DNA of 41,704 nucleotides, from assembly GCA_031263105.1 (NCBI GenBank), contig JAISGJ010000063.1, positions 1-41,704 on the forward strand. The letters are read 5' to 3'. The notes below the pieces were generated by a model. That model was not told where the DNA came from. It worked only from the letters and a program-made list of their open reading frames with translations, and did no database searches. Shown one piece after another: positions 1-10,008 of this stretch. Origin of the DNA: Coriobacteriales bacterium. Lineage in GTDB: Bacteria > Actinomycetota > Coriobacteriia > Coriobacteriales > UBA8131. Every line of letters begins with the position of its first letter. Positions within the stretch are counted from its first letter, which is position 1. The position numbers and the translations under genes were made by a program.

Positions 1-101
1 GCTCATACGTGTCCCAGGGTCCGCCGCCCGCGGTGTCGGGACTTCCTGGGGGGAGCCGGGGGGGGGGGGGGGGGGGGGCAGTGGGGTGCGGACGGCAACA
101 A

Positions 102-129
102 AGAGAGGGCACCCGTGGGTGCCCTCTCT
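102..129 (-). terminator. Intrinsic terminator downstream of the large surface-protein gene
   Basis: 13-bp stem AGAGAGGGCACCC/GGGTGCCCTCTCT followed on the minus strand by TTGTT, about 125 bp past the stop at 255. Confidence 0.7.
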
Positions 130-254
130 GTCTTGTCGGGGGGCCTTCCGGGCCCGGGCGGGTTGAGCCGCGCCATGGGGCCCTTGGCCCCAGAGGAGGC
201 TCCGATCGATTCATCGGTCGCCACCTGGCGCATAGGCAACCGGTCGGTGCTTCC

Positions 255-3200
255 CTAGGCCGCAAGCGGCTCCCTGTCCTGCGGGGTGCCCGACGTCCGG
301 TCGTCGTCCCTGCGGCGCACGACGGTGCAGGCGGCGACGATGCCGAGTGCCAGCAGTGCGGCGAACAGCACCGAGAACACGTCGAACACGACCATCGAGG
401 CGCTCATGTCCTGGGTGACGAGGAAGAGCACGACCATGACGACGCAGAGAACGGGGGCGGCTATGAGCGCCGACAGGCGCAGGCCGGCGTTGCCGTCCGA
501 GGCGTCGCCGTAGGAGGTGCTGCGGGAGGCGGCCTCGGCGCTGCCCCCGGCGGAGGCCCCGGCAGCCTGCGTCCTGTCCCGGCGGCGGCGCAAGAGGCCG
601 CGCAGGGCGGTGACGGCAAGCGCCAGGACGCCTGCGACGGTGGCGATGAGGTCGAACAGCGACCAGGTGGCCGCGCTGCCTTCGGGCGCCGCGAGGGGGA
701 CAGGGGAATCGAAGCTCTCGATCACCGGGAGGTCCTCCGCTCCGGCGGCCTCAGGGGCGGGCGGGCTGTCCGCAGGGGCAGGCGTCGCCGTTGCGGTCGT
801 CCCCGGGGCGGTCGCGGAGACGGGGGAGGGGGTCACCGGTGTCGTCGGCGCGGCGGGCGTCGGCGTCGGCGTCGGCGTGGCCGGGATGTCCGGCGCGGCC
901 GGCGTCGTCGGCGGGGCAGGCGGGGCCGGAGGAGCAGGCGGGGCCGGAGGGATCTCGCGCCAGGTGGCCGTGAGCGTCACGTCCTCGTCGGGCATGGTGA
1001 AGCTGCTGCCCGGCCTGAGCGTGCCCCCCAGAGAGGAGCGGTAGCCCTCGAAGCTGTAGCCCTCCCGCTGCGGCGCGGGCCCCACCGTGACGGTCGTGGC
1101 GAAGTCCACCCCGGTCCTGCCCGTCGGCAGGCCGGTCACTGCGGTCCCGCCCGTGGCGGGCAGCCCTGCGTCGTAGACGACGTCGTGGCTGTTCACCGAC
1201 CACACCGCGTAAAGGGCCAGGTGCCCGGTCATGGTGTGGAGTGCGCCCGTGCGGAAGGAGACCGTCGCAGACGTGGGGCTCAAGGACCAGCCTTGGAAGC
1301 TGTGGCCCTTGTAGGCGAGGGTGCCCGGACCCGCTATCGTGGCCGTCTCCCCATAGCGGTGCCCGCTTTGGGCAGGGGCGGAGCCGGAGTCGTGCCTTTG
1401 GGAGAAGTAGCTTACATAGTAGGTGTTGGTGTCCACGAGGGTCACCTGTATGGTGGCGGACGCGCCGGCCCCGTTGTAGAAGGTGAGGGGCAGGCTGAGC
1501 ATCTGGTGGGCGTTCTGGGCGTTCACGAGGGCGACGAGCTGCGCGTTGTCGACGGCGATGGACGGCTGGGCGATGCGGTGCCCGTTCCCGTCGGTCGCCT
1601 CGGAGGCGGAGAGCGTGCGGGCGATGAGGGCGTCGAGGGTCGCCTGCGTTATCTCGTAGGTGAAGTCGTTGGCCGTCACGTGCCCGTCCGCGCCCCTGCC
1701 GCCTCCGCCTCCGGCATCCTTGACGGTGACCGTGACGACGGCAGAGACGGGCCCGGGACCCGTGAAGGTGAGCGGGAAGGCCTGGCCGGCCGTCGTCGCC
1801 GCGTTTATGGCGGCGAGCTCGGAGGCGTCGACGGCGATGAGCGCGGGGCTCAAGGGCAGCCCGGTCGCGTCGCGCAGGTCTGCGGCCGCGAAGGCGATGG
1901 CCTGGGCGTCCGCTATGGCAAGCTCGCTAAGCCCCACATAGAAGTCGTTGGCCGCGATGTGGTTGTTGCCTGCGGGGGAGTTCGGGCCGCCGTGGTCGCG
2001 CAGCGTCACGGTGACGCTCGTCGCGACGCCGTCAGGCGTGGTGAAGGTCAAAGGATGGAAGCCCCGCTCGTTGGCGTGCTGGGCGGCGACGATCGCTGTG
2101 AGCTCGGCGGCGTCGACGGCGATGGTTGTCGTCGCCACCGGCAGGCCGTCCCCGTCGCGGGCGGTCACAAAGCTGAGGAGGCGCGCGAGCGCCTCGTCGA
2201 GGTCCGCCTCGTCGCAGCCGTAGGAGAAGTCGTAGGCGTTGATGACCGAGAGGCCTGCCACAGGCGCAGCGGGCCCGCCGTGGTCGTAGAGGCGCACGTT
2301 TATGGTGACGGTCTTGTGCCCGAGGGGCTCCTCGAAGGTCAAGGGCAGCGTGTCCGGCACTCCGGAGGCCTTCTGGGCGTTGATCGCCGCGAGCTCGGTG
2401 GGATCCACCACGATGCCGGAGGTCGCCTGCGGAAGGCCGTCGGTGTCGCGGGCGACGACGTGCGACAGGAGCAGCGCGAGCGCCTCGTCGATGTCTGCCT
2501 GGTCAAGGCCGTACTCGAAGTCCGACGCCGCTATGTAGGTCGAGCCCGGGGCGGGCGGCCCGGTCGGGACCACGTCGAACAGGCGCACCCTGACGGCGAC
2601 GGACTTGCCCCCGTCGGACTCGGTGAAGGTCAGGTCGAAGAAGCCCACCGTCCCGGTGCCGACGGCCGCGTTTATGGCGGCCAGCTCGCCGCCGTCCGCC
2701 GTGACGTTGCCCGCAGGCTGCGGGATGCCGTCCGTGTCGCGGGCGAAGGCGTGGGACAGCTGCCGGGCCAGCGCCTGGCCGAGCGGGGCGGCGGGGGAGC
2801 CGTCGGACTGGCGGATGCCGTACTCGAAGTCGTCTGCGGCGATGAAGGTCGTGCCCGCAGGGGGTACGGGGGGCTGGGGCGGGGCGGGGGCATAGATGCG
2901 CACGTTCACCTCGACGGAATAGGTCTGTGCGTTCTCGCTGATGCTGAAGGTGAGCTTCCTCATCGCCGACGCCCCTGCGCTCTGGACGGCCTGGATGGCG
3001 CCGAGCTGGGTGGGATCGACGCTGATGAAGGAGGCCGCTATCGCCCCGCCCGTGTCGTTCTTGGCCTGGACGGAGGAAAGCCGCTTGGCGGTCGCATTGT
3101 CAAGGGGCGCCCACCCGGCGAACACCTCGAAGTCGTTGGCCGCTATCCAGGGGGAGCCCGCCGGGGGCGTCACGGGGCCGAGGTGGTCGAAGAGGCGCAC

Positions 3201-6200
3201 CTTCACCGTGACCCGCCTGTACCCCAAAGGCTCCTCGAAGGTCAGGTCGAAGATGCCGAGCGTGCCTGCGGAGATGGCGGTGTTGATGATGCCGAGCTGG
3301 CCCGAATCCACCGCTATGGTGCCGGTCTGTACGCTGCCGTCGGTCTCAAAGGCGATGACGCGGGAGAGCTGGCGGGCCAGGTCGTCGCCGATGGCGTCCG
3401 CCGTGGAGCCGTCCAGCTTCTTGATGCCGTAGGAGAAGTTGTTGGCGAAGACGGACGTGGTGTTGTAGGAGGGGCCGTCGGGCCCTGCGCCCTGGTCGTA
3501 CAGGGTCGCGGAGACCCTGATCTCGTTCTGGGTGTTCACGTTCGGGAAGACGGGATTGTTGCCCAGGCTGGGCGTCCTGATGGTCAGGGGCCATGAGGTG
3601 CCGGCGGCCCCGGCCGTGATGGCGTCGTTGATGTCGCCGAGCTCCTGGATCGGGTCATAGAGGAAGAGCGCCCCGGGAGCATAGAGGTCCTCCAAGGGGA
3701 TGTTCCCTCCGCCGTACCAGGTGCCGAAGGCGCGCGCGAGGTGCTTGGCAAGGTCGTTGGAGCCGACGGTGCCCTGGTTGATGCCTCGGGAGAAGTGCAG
3801 GGCGGCCAGCTCGTCGAGTCCCGCATAGTTGAGGTGCGTGAACTGCATGGTGGCCGCAGAGGTGTTGCCCGCGAAGTCGGTGACGGTCGCCCAGACGTCG
3901 TAGTAAAGGATGGTGTTGGGTATCGAGGCCGAGGCAAGGGGCACGTAGTCGCCTGCAGAAGGGGTGGTCCCGATGGGCACGACGGCCACCTGGGTCTTGG
4001 AGCCGTCGATGCCGGACATGACGTTGGCCAGGTCCGAGACGTCCTCCGCATAGGAGCCGCCGGAGAGCCTGACGGCCTCCGACTCCGCACTGTCGGCAGG
4101 GCGCACGTCGCGCGAGGGCGCGTCCGAGAACGTGCGTATGTCCGGCAGGGCGAGCTCCAGTCTGGCGACCGGCGCGGTCTTGTCGATCTTGGCCACATAG
4201 GAGCTGCGGGCGGAAAGCTCGGTCGCTGCCGCGGTGCTCCCATCTGTCATGACGCCGTAGGCGGTGACGATGCCCTCTGCGCTGTAGCCCCTTGAGACGG
4301 GGGCGGCCTGAGGGGGCGGCGTGACGGCCGAGGGCGAGGCGCCGGCACCGTACCAGACGGGCGTGCCGGGGGCCGCCAGGTCGTCGAGGTAGGCAAGCCA
4401 GTGCGCGCCGGGCACCGCCGAGTAGTCGGTCACCTGCACGAAGACGTCCGTGTTGGTCCAGGTGTCCGAGGCGAGCGTGTTGGCCGGTATGGCCGCGCTG
4501 CCGGTGTAGCCGGTGATGACGGGCGTGAGCGAGGAGGTGACGAGGATGTCCTTCACGCCCGCAGGCAGGGCCACCGCGCTGTTGCCGGCGTTGTCCCAGG
4601 CCCGCACCCACACGTCGTAGCGGCCCGGCGCGGCGATCGTGGCCGAGGCGAAGTCGGTCCAGCCCGCCGCCGCCGCCGCGAGGGCGGCGCCTGAGGGGTC
4701 GTCCGCATAGGTGCCGTTAGGCACGATGAGCAGCTGGTCCGTCGTGCTGGAGGAGAAGAGCCAGGGGTTGGCGTCCGCAGAGGGCGCAAGGCCCCAGGAG
4801 CCGGAGAGCGCATCGGTGGAGGTGTCGGTGAAGCTGCCGTTGCTGTAGCTCGCATCCGGCACCGGCGCGACCTTGTCGATGCGCACGGTCTGCGCGGCGG
4901 TGCGCGCGGAGAGCTCGGTAGTGCCTACGGTGTCGATCAGCACGCCGTAGACGTCGATGCCGACGTCCGTGGTCTCCGTGGCGTAGCCCTTCGTCGCGCT
5001 GGCCGCAGTGCCCGCAGTGTAGGTGCCGTCGTACACCGCGTTCCTGAACGAGCCCGTGATGCCGTTGGGCGTGACTGCGGCCGTGAGGCCTTGGTTCGTC
5101 CATGAGCCGGAGGGGTAGGGGTCGCCTGCGATGGAAGCGCCCCCTGGGTCGTCGGCGCCGACGGCGTAGGTGATGTCGAGGAGGGGGGTGTTGGCGCTCT
5201 TGACGGTTATGGTGCGATTGGTGTCCGTGGTGGTGGAGTCGGTGTTGTCGGTTGCTCGGAGCGTCTGGGTGTATATGCCGACGTCCGTGGCGGTCGCGCC
5301 GAGCCCGCCGGCGTTGATGATGGCAACCGAGCCGTCATAGTTGCCGCCGTAGCCGCCTTTGAACTTGTCGTTGCTGTGGCCGGACCTTGCCTCGACGCCG
5401 TCTGTCTGCTCCTTTCCGGGGACGGGCTGGCCCACGGTTATGGTTTTGTTCTCGGCGCTGATGATGGGTGGAACATTGCTGCTGCCAGTGCGCTGGTACC
5501 TTTGCTCCACGACATAGTAGCCATAGCCGTTGGTGTAGTCGAAGATAAGGGTGTCGTCACTATTGAATGCATACTCCTGATAGCGTGTATATCCGCCCGT
5601 AAGGTAACTCGGCCCCAAGTCTGTGTACCAATTTATCACCTGAAGAGGATTGCTTATTGCGGGACTCGACAGAGTGTAGCTGACGGACGGGTAACGGGGG
5701 GCTATGGTGCTGCCGTCCAGCTCGATGTTCCCGTAGCGGTCCGCCGTAGAGCCGGTAAGGGTTCCGCTGTCGGAATACGCAGGCAGCGAGATCGTCAACG
5801 GATTGAGTCCCACGGGAACCAAGCGATCTGCGGCCCATTCGTACGCGCCACCTAGAACTTGATAATAATGTGGAGGTTGAGTCCACGTAATCTCGTATTG
5901 ATTGACGGTGGGCCAACCGGAGTAGCTGCTTTTGCTCTTGGGCTCTTGCCGTGCTGGAATGAGGGCGGGTATGCCGTAATTTTCTGCATACCTGTAGAGC
6001 GGATCTCCTCCGGTACTTACCAAAGACCACCCAGCTCCAGAGGGGGCGGAAACTGCATTGCCGGTGAGAAAACTGTCACTGCTGTCGCTTTGGCCGACGA
6101 GGGTCGTCTTGTAGGTCCAGTACCACTCGTACCCATCGCTCGCGACAGTAAATTCGTCTATAATTGGAGCAGGACGCGTTATGGGGTTATACGGTGTCGC

Positions 6201-6684
6201 CAGATCGCTCTTGGCAAAAATCTCTCTCGCATAATAGCCGTATCCCACTTGTGTCACATCTTCTCCCTGACCTTGAAAATATGCCACTATCGCTTCCCGC
6301 TGCGGTACGTTCCAGTAAAGGGTCGCGTGTGAATTCCGATAAAAGCCACTGGAAGTACCAACTTCCGCTACTACATCAGAGTAGGAATTGGTACCGGTAA
6401 TATCGAACCTATAAAGGCTGTATACCGATTCGGTCTCTATGCCGGACGGCACGACTTCGGCCTCGGCCGGCGTGGTGCCTCCGGGCAGCAGCGGCATCAG
6501 GGTGAAGGCAAGGAGGAGCGACAGGGCAAAGGAGAGTGCGCGGTGCGCCGTGTCTCTAAGGCTGTGAAGGCTTAAGGTTGCGGCACCCCCCCCCCCCCCC
6601 CCCCGCAGATCTACTCGTCCGCTGTGCGGGAGCAGGGCTGCGCCCTGTGGTGCCGCTCGAAGGTCTCGACATGTGCGTGTGCAT
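255..6684 (-). CDS. Very large (~2100 aa) repetitive cell-surface protein / putative adhesin, frameshifted at a 5' poly-G tract
   Basis: ORF 255..6497 extends upstream in frame through a signal-peptide-like stretch (HRALSFALSLLLAFTLMPLL...AEA) with no ATG/GTG/TTG. The RBS-preceded ATG at 6684 is one base out of frame across G19. Contains Ig-like IDKxAP segments, ~8 ~95-aa repeats, two InlB B-repeat-like domains, a Pro/Thr/Ala linker, a DSPVPLA motif and three C-terminal hydrophobic helices. Confidence 0.85.
1430..3810 (-). repeat. About eight ~95-100-aa tandem domains (IAAxDFxYG...LARxLS...VDxxELxAIN...LTF) in the surface protein
   Basis: Motif recurs near 1680, 1960, 2244, 2538, 2848, 3150, 3450, with a degenerate copy near 3810. 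Confidence 0.85.
6586..6604 (-). repeat. G19 homopolymer in the 5' coding region, candidate phase-variation tract
   Basis: 19 consecutive C on + strand between ATG 6684 and the signal-peptide h-region. Confidence 0.75.
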
Positions 6685-6850
6685 GGTAGGGCCCCTCTCT
6701 TCGTGCATGTGCCGACAGTCCGATTCGGAGGTTATATGCTCCTAAAATGATAGCGTTTAACCTCACTCGTGCTATGACATTCCAGCCAATTCTATCCTTT
6801 GGGCGCAGTTGCCGCAATCGCCCGTTCGCCCGGGCGAACGGCACACAGCA

Positions 6851-7179
6851 CAGGGCCTACTCGCCGCACCCCCGCCGCAGGGCCTGCCCGTCGCACCCCC
6901 GCCGCAGGGCCCACCAGCCGCACCCCCGCCGCAGGCCCTGCCCGTCGCACCCCTGTCACAGGCCCTGCCCGTCGCACCCCACTGTCATTCCGAACCGAGG
7001 GCGAAGCCCGAGCGTGAGGAACCTTTGGCTGCGAAGCGGCCAACCGGCCCGGCTGAGCGCTAAGGCGCTCAAAGATTCCTCGGTTCCGGGGCTGGCGCCC
7101 CTGCCCTCGGAATGACAGTGGGGGGGAGCGGCCCGTAACGCGCAGGCCCTGCCCGCCGCACCCCCGCCGCAGGGCCTGT
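6851..7179. repeat. 27-bp tandem repeat (CAGGGCCTGCCCGTCGCACCCCCGCCG), five copies plus about 1.5 more after an inserted palindromic element
   Basis: Units start at 6851, 6878, 6905, 6932, 6959 and resume near 7143. Confidence 0.85.
6977..7123. repeat. REP/MITE-like palindromic element, GTCATTCC family, copy 1
   Basis: Perfect 17-bp terminal IR CCCCACTGTCATTCCGA / TCGGAATGACAGTGGGG. Confidence 0.8.
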
Positions 7180-7250
7180 CCGCGATGACAGGCAGGACGA
7201 CGTTTCTGGCGCCCCGGCGCTTCCCTGGTCACGGAATCGCGTGCCTGGTC

Positions 7251-7259
7251 TGCTATACT
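7251..7259 (+). promoter_or_regulatory. Extended -10 promoter for the 7339 gene
   Basis: TGcTATACT about 80 bp upstream of the ATG. Confidence 0.5.
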
Positions 7260-7338
7260 GCGGAAGACATGCAAGACATGGCTTTGCGCCGCTTCATGTT
7301 GGGACGCGCTTTGGCACAGACGAGACGAAGGGGCGAGA

Positions 7339-10008
7339 ATGGGATACGGGAGAGGCCTGAGGCGCACGGCGCACAGGGCTGCCTTGGCGGCTCTGGTGCT
7401 CTGTCTTGCGGCATCCGCCTTCGGGGGATGGGGGAGGCCGGGGAGCGCGGCAGCTGCGGAGGCTCCGGTGCCGGTCGCAGGGGACGTCGAGGCTGCTTTG
7501 GCACAGGGAGGCCCCGGGACGTCCGGCCTCATTGGGCCGCTGGCCACGGGCGCCTTCACGGTGACGGGCGGCGCGGAGGGCGTGGACTACAGCTACTCGG
7601 GCGGCGTCCTCACGATACAGACCTCCATGCCACTGACCATATCCATGGCGAGCGGCTCGGCCACGTCGGACAGGATAGCCGTGGCCGTCGGCGTGGCGGC
7701 CGCCTTGACGCTCAGCGGCGTCTCGATCGATGTGTCGGGCGCAGCCGGCGCTGCGGCCCTTAATGTGGAAGGCGGCTCGCTCGCGCTCACGTTGGTGGGC
7801 GAGAACGTGCTGGAGAGCGGGGACGGCTATGCAGGGCTCCAGCTCTGGGGCCTGTCAAGCCTTGCCATAACGGCAAAGGACGAGGGCCAGACCCTCACGG
7901 CCAAGGCCGGCGGCCTCTACGGGGCGGGCATAGGGGCCGGGGACAGAACCGGGGCGCCGGGAGACGTCGAGCGCATCGAGATATCCGGCGGCACCGTCAC
8001 GGCTGTGGGCGGCGAGGGCGGCGGCGCGGGCATAGGGGGCGGCTATCAAAGCGGGGTGGACCTCATCGAGATATCCGGCGGCACCGTCACGGCTGTGGGC
8101 GGCGCGGGCGGCGGCGCGGGCATAGGATGCGGCGTCGAGAGCGGCGTGCGCGTCGTCGAGGTATCCGGCGGCACCGTCGTCGCGACCGGAGGCCGTCATG
8201 GCGCCGGCATAGGGGGCGGTTTCGAAGGCAGCGAGGTGGGCGACATAGCGATCTCCGGCGGCACCGTCACGGCCACGGGCGGCGGCGGCGCGGGCATAGG
8301 GGGCGGATATGCCCACAGCCCGGCGCACGTCGTCGAGGTATCCGGCGGCACCGTCACGGCCACGGGCGCCTGGATCGGCGGCGCGGGCATAGGGGGCGGC
8401 GCCCAAAGCCCTGTCGGCGACATAGCGATATCGGGCGGCGTGGTCGTGGCCGTCGGCGGCGCATCCAAAGACAAGGACGTCGGCGGCGGCGCGGGCATAG
8501 GAGGCGGATTCTTCGACAGTGAGGCCGGCGACATAGCGATATCCGGCGGCGAGGTCACGGCCGCTGGCAGCGCTTTGGGCGGCGCGGGCATAGGCGGCGG
8601 CTCCGGCAGCCAGGCCGGCGACATAGCGATATCCGGCGGCACTGTTGCCGCCACAGGCGGTGCCGTCGACCTGTCGGGCATAGGCGGCGGCGCGGGCATA
8701 GGCGGCGGCGCGGGCTTGAGCTGGGTGGGCGGCAGCCAGGCGGGCGGCATACGGCTCACGGGCGGCACGGTGCATGCATCCTCTCGCATCGAAGGATCGC
8801 AGGACATCGGAAACGGCCCCGGCGAAAGCTGCGCCGCCTCCATCGTCGTGGACGGCGGCTCCATTCAGGCGGGGCACGGTGCGATGGCATACGGGAACCC
8901 GGCGTCCGTCGAGGTGAGGAACTCCGCTGCATCGCCTGTGCGGGTCTATCCCAACACGCTTGTGCTCGGCTCCGGGACCGCAGGGGCCCAGGCGGCCGTC
9001 ACCGCCGGCATCATCGACGGGGTGCCCTGCGAGGCGACCCCTGACCCCACGGGCGGCGTCTACGGGATACGGGACGTGGCCACCGACGGCTCCGGGCGGG
9101 TGTGCCTGTGGCTGCCGGAGGCCGCGAGCGGCTCGGTCGGCCTTATGGCGGGCCCCGTGGGCTTCGAGTTCTCCTACGGACGTTCGGCAGGCCCTGTGGC
9201 AGCGACGCTTGCCGCGCCCGCCTTGGCGTCGGCCTCCCCCTCCGGTGCGGGCGCTGCCACGGAGGGCGCCTTGGTGCTGGCCTTCAGCGTCCCGATGGAC
9301 GTGTTTGCGGGCACGGTCGTGCTGCGCCCCGTCTCAGGGCAGGCCGTGACGCTCGGCGCAGGGACGTGGAGCGCAGACGGTGCCGTCTACACCGTCGCCT
9401 ACTCGGGGCTCGCCCACGGGGCCGCCTACACCGTGGAGGCCTCCGGCTTCAGGACCGCCGTGCTGGGCATCGAGCCTTCGGGCGGCTCCGCACAGAGCTT
9501 CGTGACGCAGGCGGACGGCAGTGACGACGGCGGCGGCGACAGCAACGGCGGCGGCGACAGCAACGGCGGCGGCAACGGCGCCGGCGGCAACGGCGACAGC
9601 AACGGCGACAGCGACAGCGGCGGCAAGGGCGGCGACGGCACCAACGGCAACGGCACCAACGGCACCGGCGGCGCCGGCGGCGGCACCGGCGGCGATGTCA
9701 ACGGCGACAAGGGCGGAAGCGCCCTCCCCGCCACCGGCGACTCCCCGCTGCCGACCCTGGCCGCAGCGCTCCTAGCCGCGCTGGCCTTGGTCGTGCTGGG
9801 CGTGACCTCCCTCAGCCGTGCGGCGCGGCTCCGCCGCTTCTCAGTACTTAACGGAGCACTGGGCCTTTTGCAATGGTGCGACGAGCCGTGCGACGGTCTC
9901 CACGTGCCAGGTCTGGGGGAAGAGGTCGAGGGGCACGGCCTTCACGAGGCGGTAGCCCCGTGCGGCGAGCCGCTGCACGTCGCGGGCGAGCGTCGCGGGG
10001 TCGCATGA
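7339..10008 (+). CDS. Sortase-anchored surface protein with Gly-rich (ISGGTVTA..GAGIGGG) repeats, Ig-like domain and LPXTG motif
   Basis: Signal peptide (RRTAHRAALAALVLCLAASA), eight ISGG..GAGIG repeats at ~7970-8710, Gly/Asn/Asp linker, LPATG plus TM plus RAARLRR. Confidence 0.85.
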   Translation: MGYGRGLRRTAHRAALAALVLCLAASAFGGWGRPGSAAAAEAPVPVAGDVEAALAQGGPGTSGLIGPLATGAFTVTGGAEGVDYSYSGGVLTIQTSMPLTISMASGSATSDRIAVAVGVAAALTLSGVSIDVSGAAGAAALNVEGGSLALTLVGENVLESGDGYAGLQLWGLSSLAITAKDEGQTLTAKAGGLYGAGIGAGDRTGAPGDVERIEISGGTVTAVGGEGGGAGIGGGYQSGVDLIEISGGTVTAVGGAGGGAGIGCGVESGVRVVEVSGGTVVATGGRHGAGIGGGFEGSEVGDIAISGGTVTATGGGGAGIGGGYAHSPAHVVEVSGGTVTATGAWIGGAGIGGGAQSPVGDIAISGGVVVAVGGASKDKDVGGGAGIGGGFFDSEAGDIAISGGEVTAAGSALGGAGIGGGSGSQAGDIAISGGTVAATGGAVDLSGIGGGAGIGGGAGLSWVGGSQAGGIRLTGGTVHASSRIEGSQDIGNGPGESCAASIVVDGGSIQAGHGAMAYGNPASVEVRNSAASPVRVYPNTLVLGSGTAGAQAAVTAGIIDGVPCEATPDPTGGVYGIRDVATDGSGRVCLWLPEAASGSVGLMAGPVGFEFSYGRSAGPVAATLAAPALASASPSGAGAATEGALVLAFSVPMDVFAGTVVLRPVSGQAVTLGAGTWSADGAVYTVAYSGLAHGAAYTVEASGFRTAVLGIEPSGGSAQSFVTQADGSDDGGGDSNGGGDSNGGGNGAGGNGDSNGDSDSGGKGGDGTNGNGTNGTGGAGGGTGGDVNGDKGGSALPATGDSPLPTLAAALLAALALVVLGVTSLSRAARLRRFSVLNGALGLLQWCDEPCDGLHVPGLGEEVEGHGLHEAVAPCGEPLHVAGERRGVA

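Noticed and set aside
58-78. G21 tract at the window start and C tracts at ~41528-41613
   Set aside because: Not inside a recognisable gene; adjacent to hairpin elements near the window edges, so may be sequencing or assembly artefacts
9-3596. 1195-aa + strand ORF and many other long antisense or alternate-frame ORFs (e.g. 13805-16177, 17075-19270, 25277-28225)
   Set aside because: Shadow ORFs of real genes in high-GC DNA; Arg/Gly-rich with no recognisable motifs
5500-6430. Diversity-generating retroelement target
   Set aside because: No reverse transcriptase and no template/variable repeat pair in the window
6851-6985. Possible CRISPR array
   Set aside because: Units are contiguous 27-mers with no unique spacers, and no cas genes are nearby
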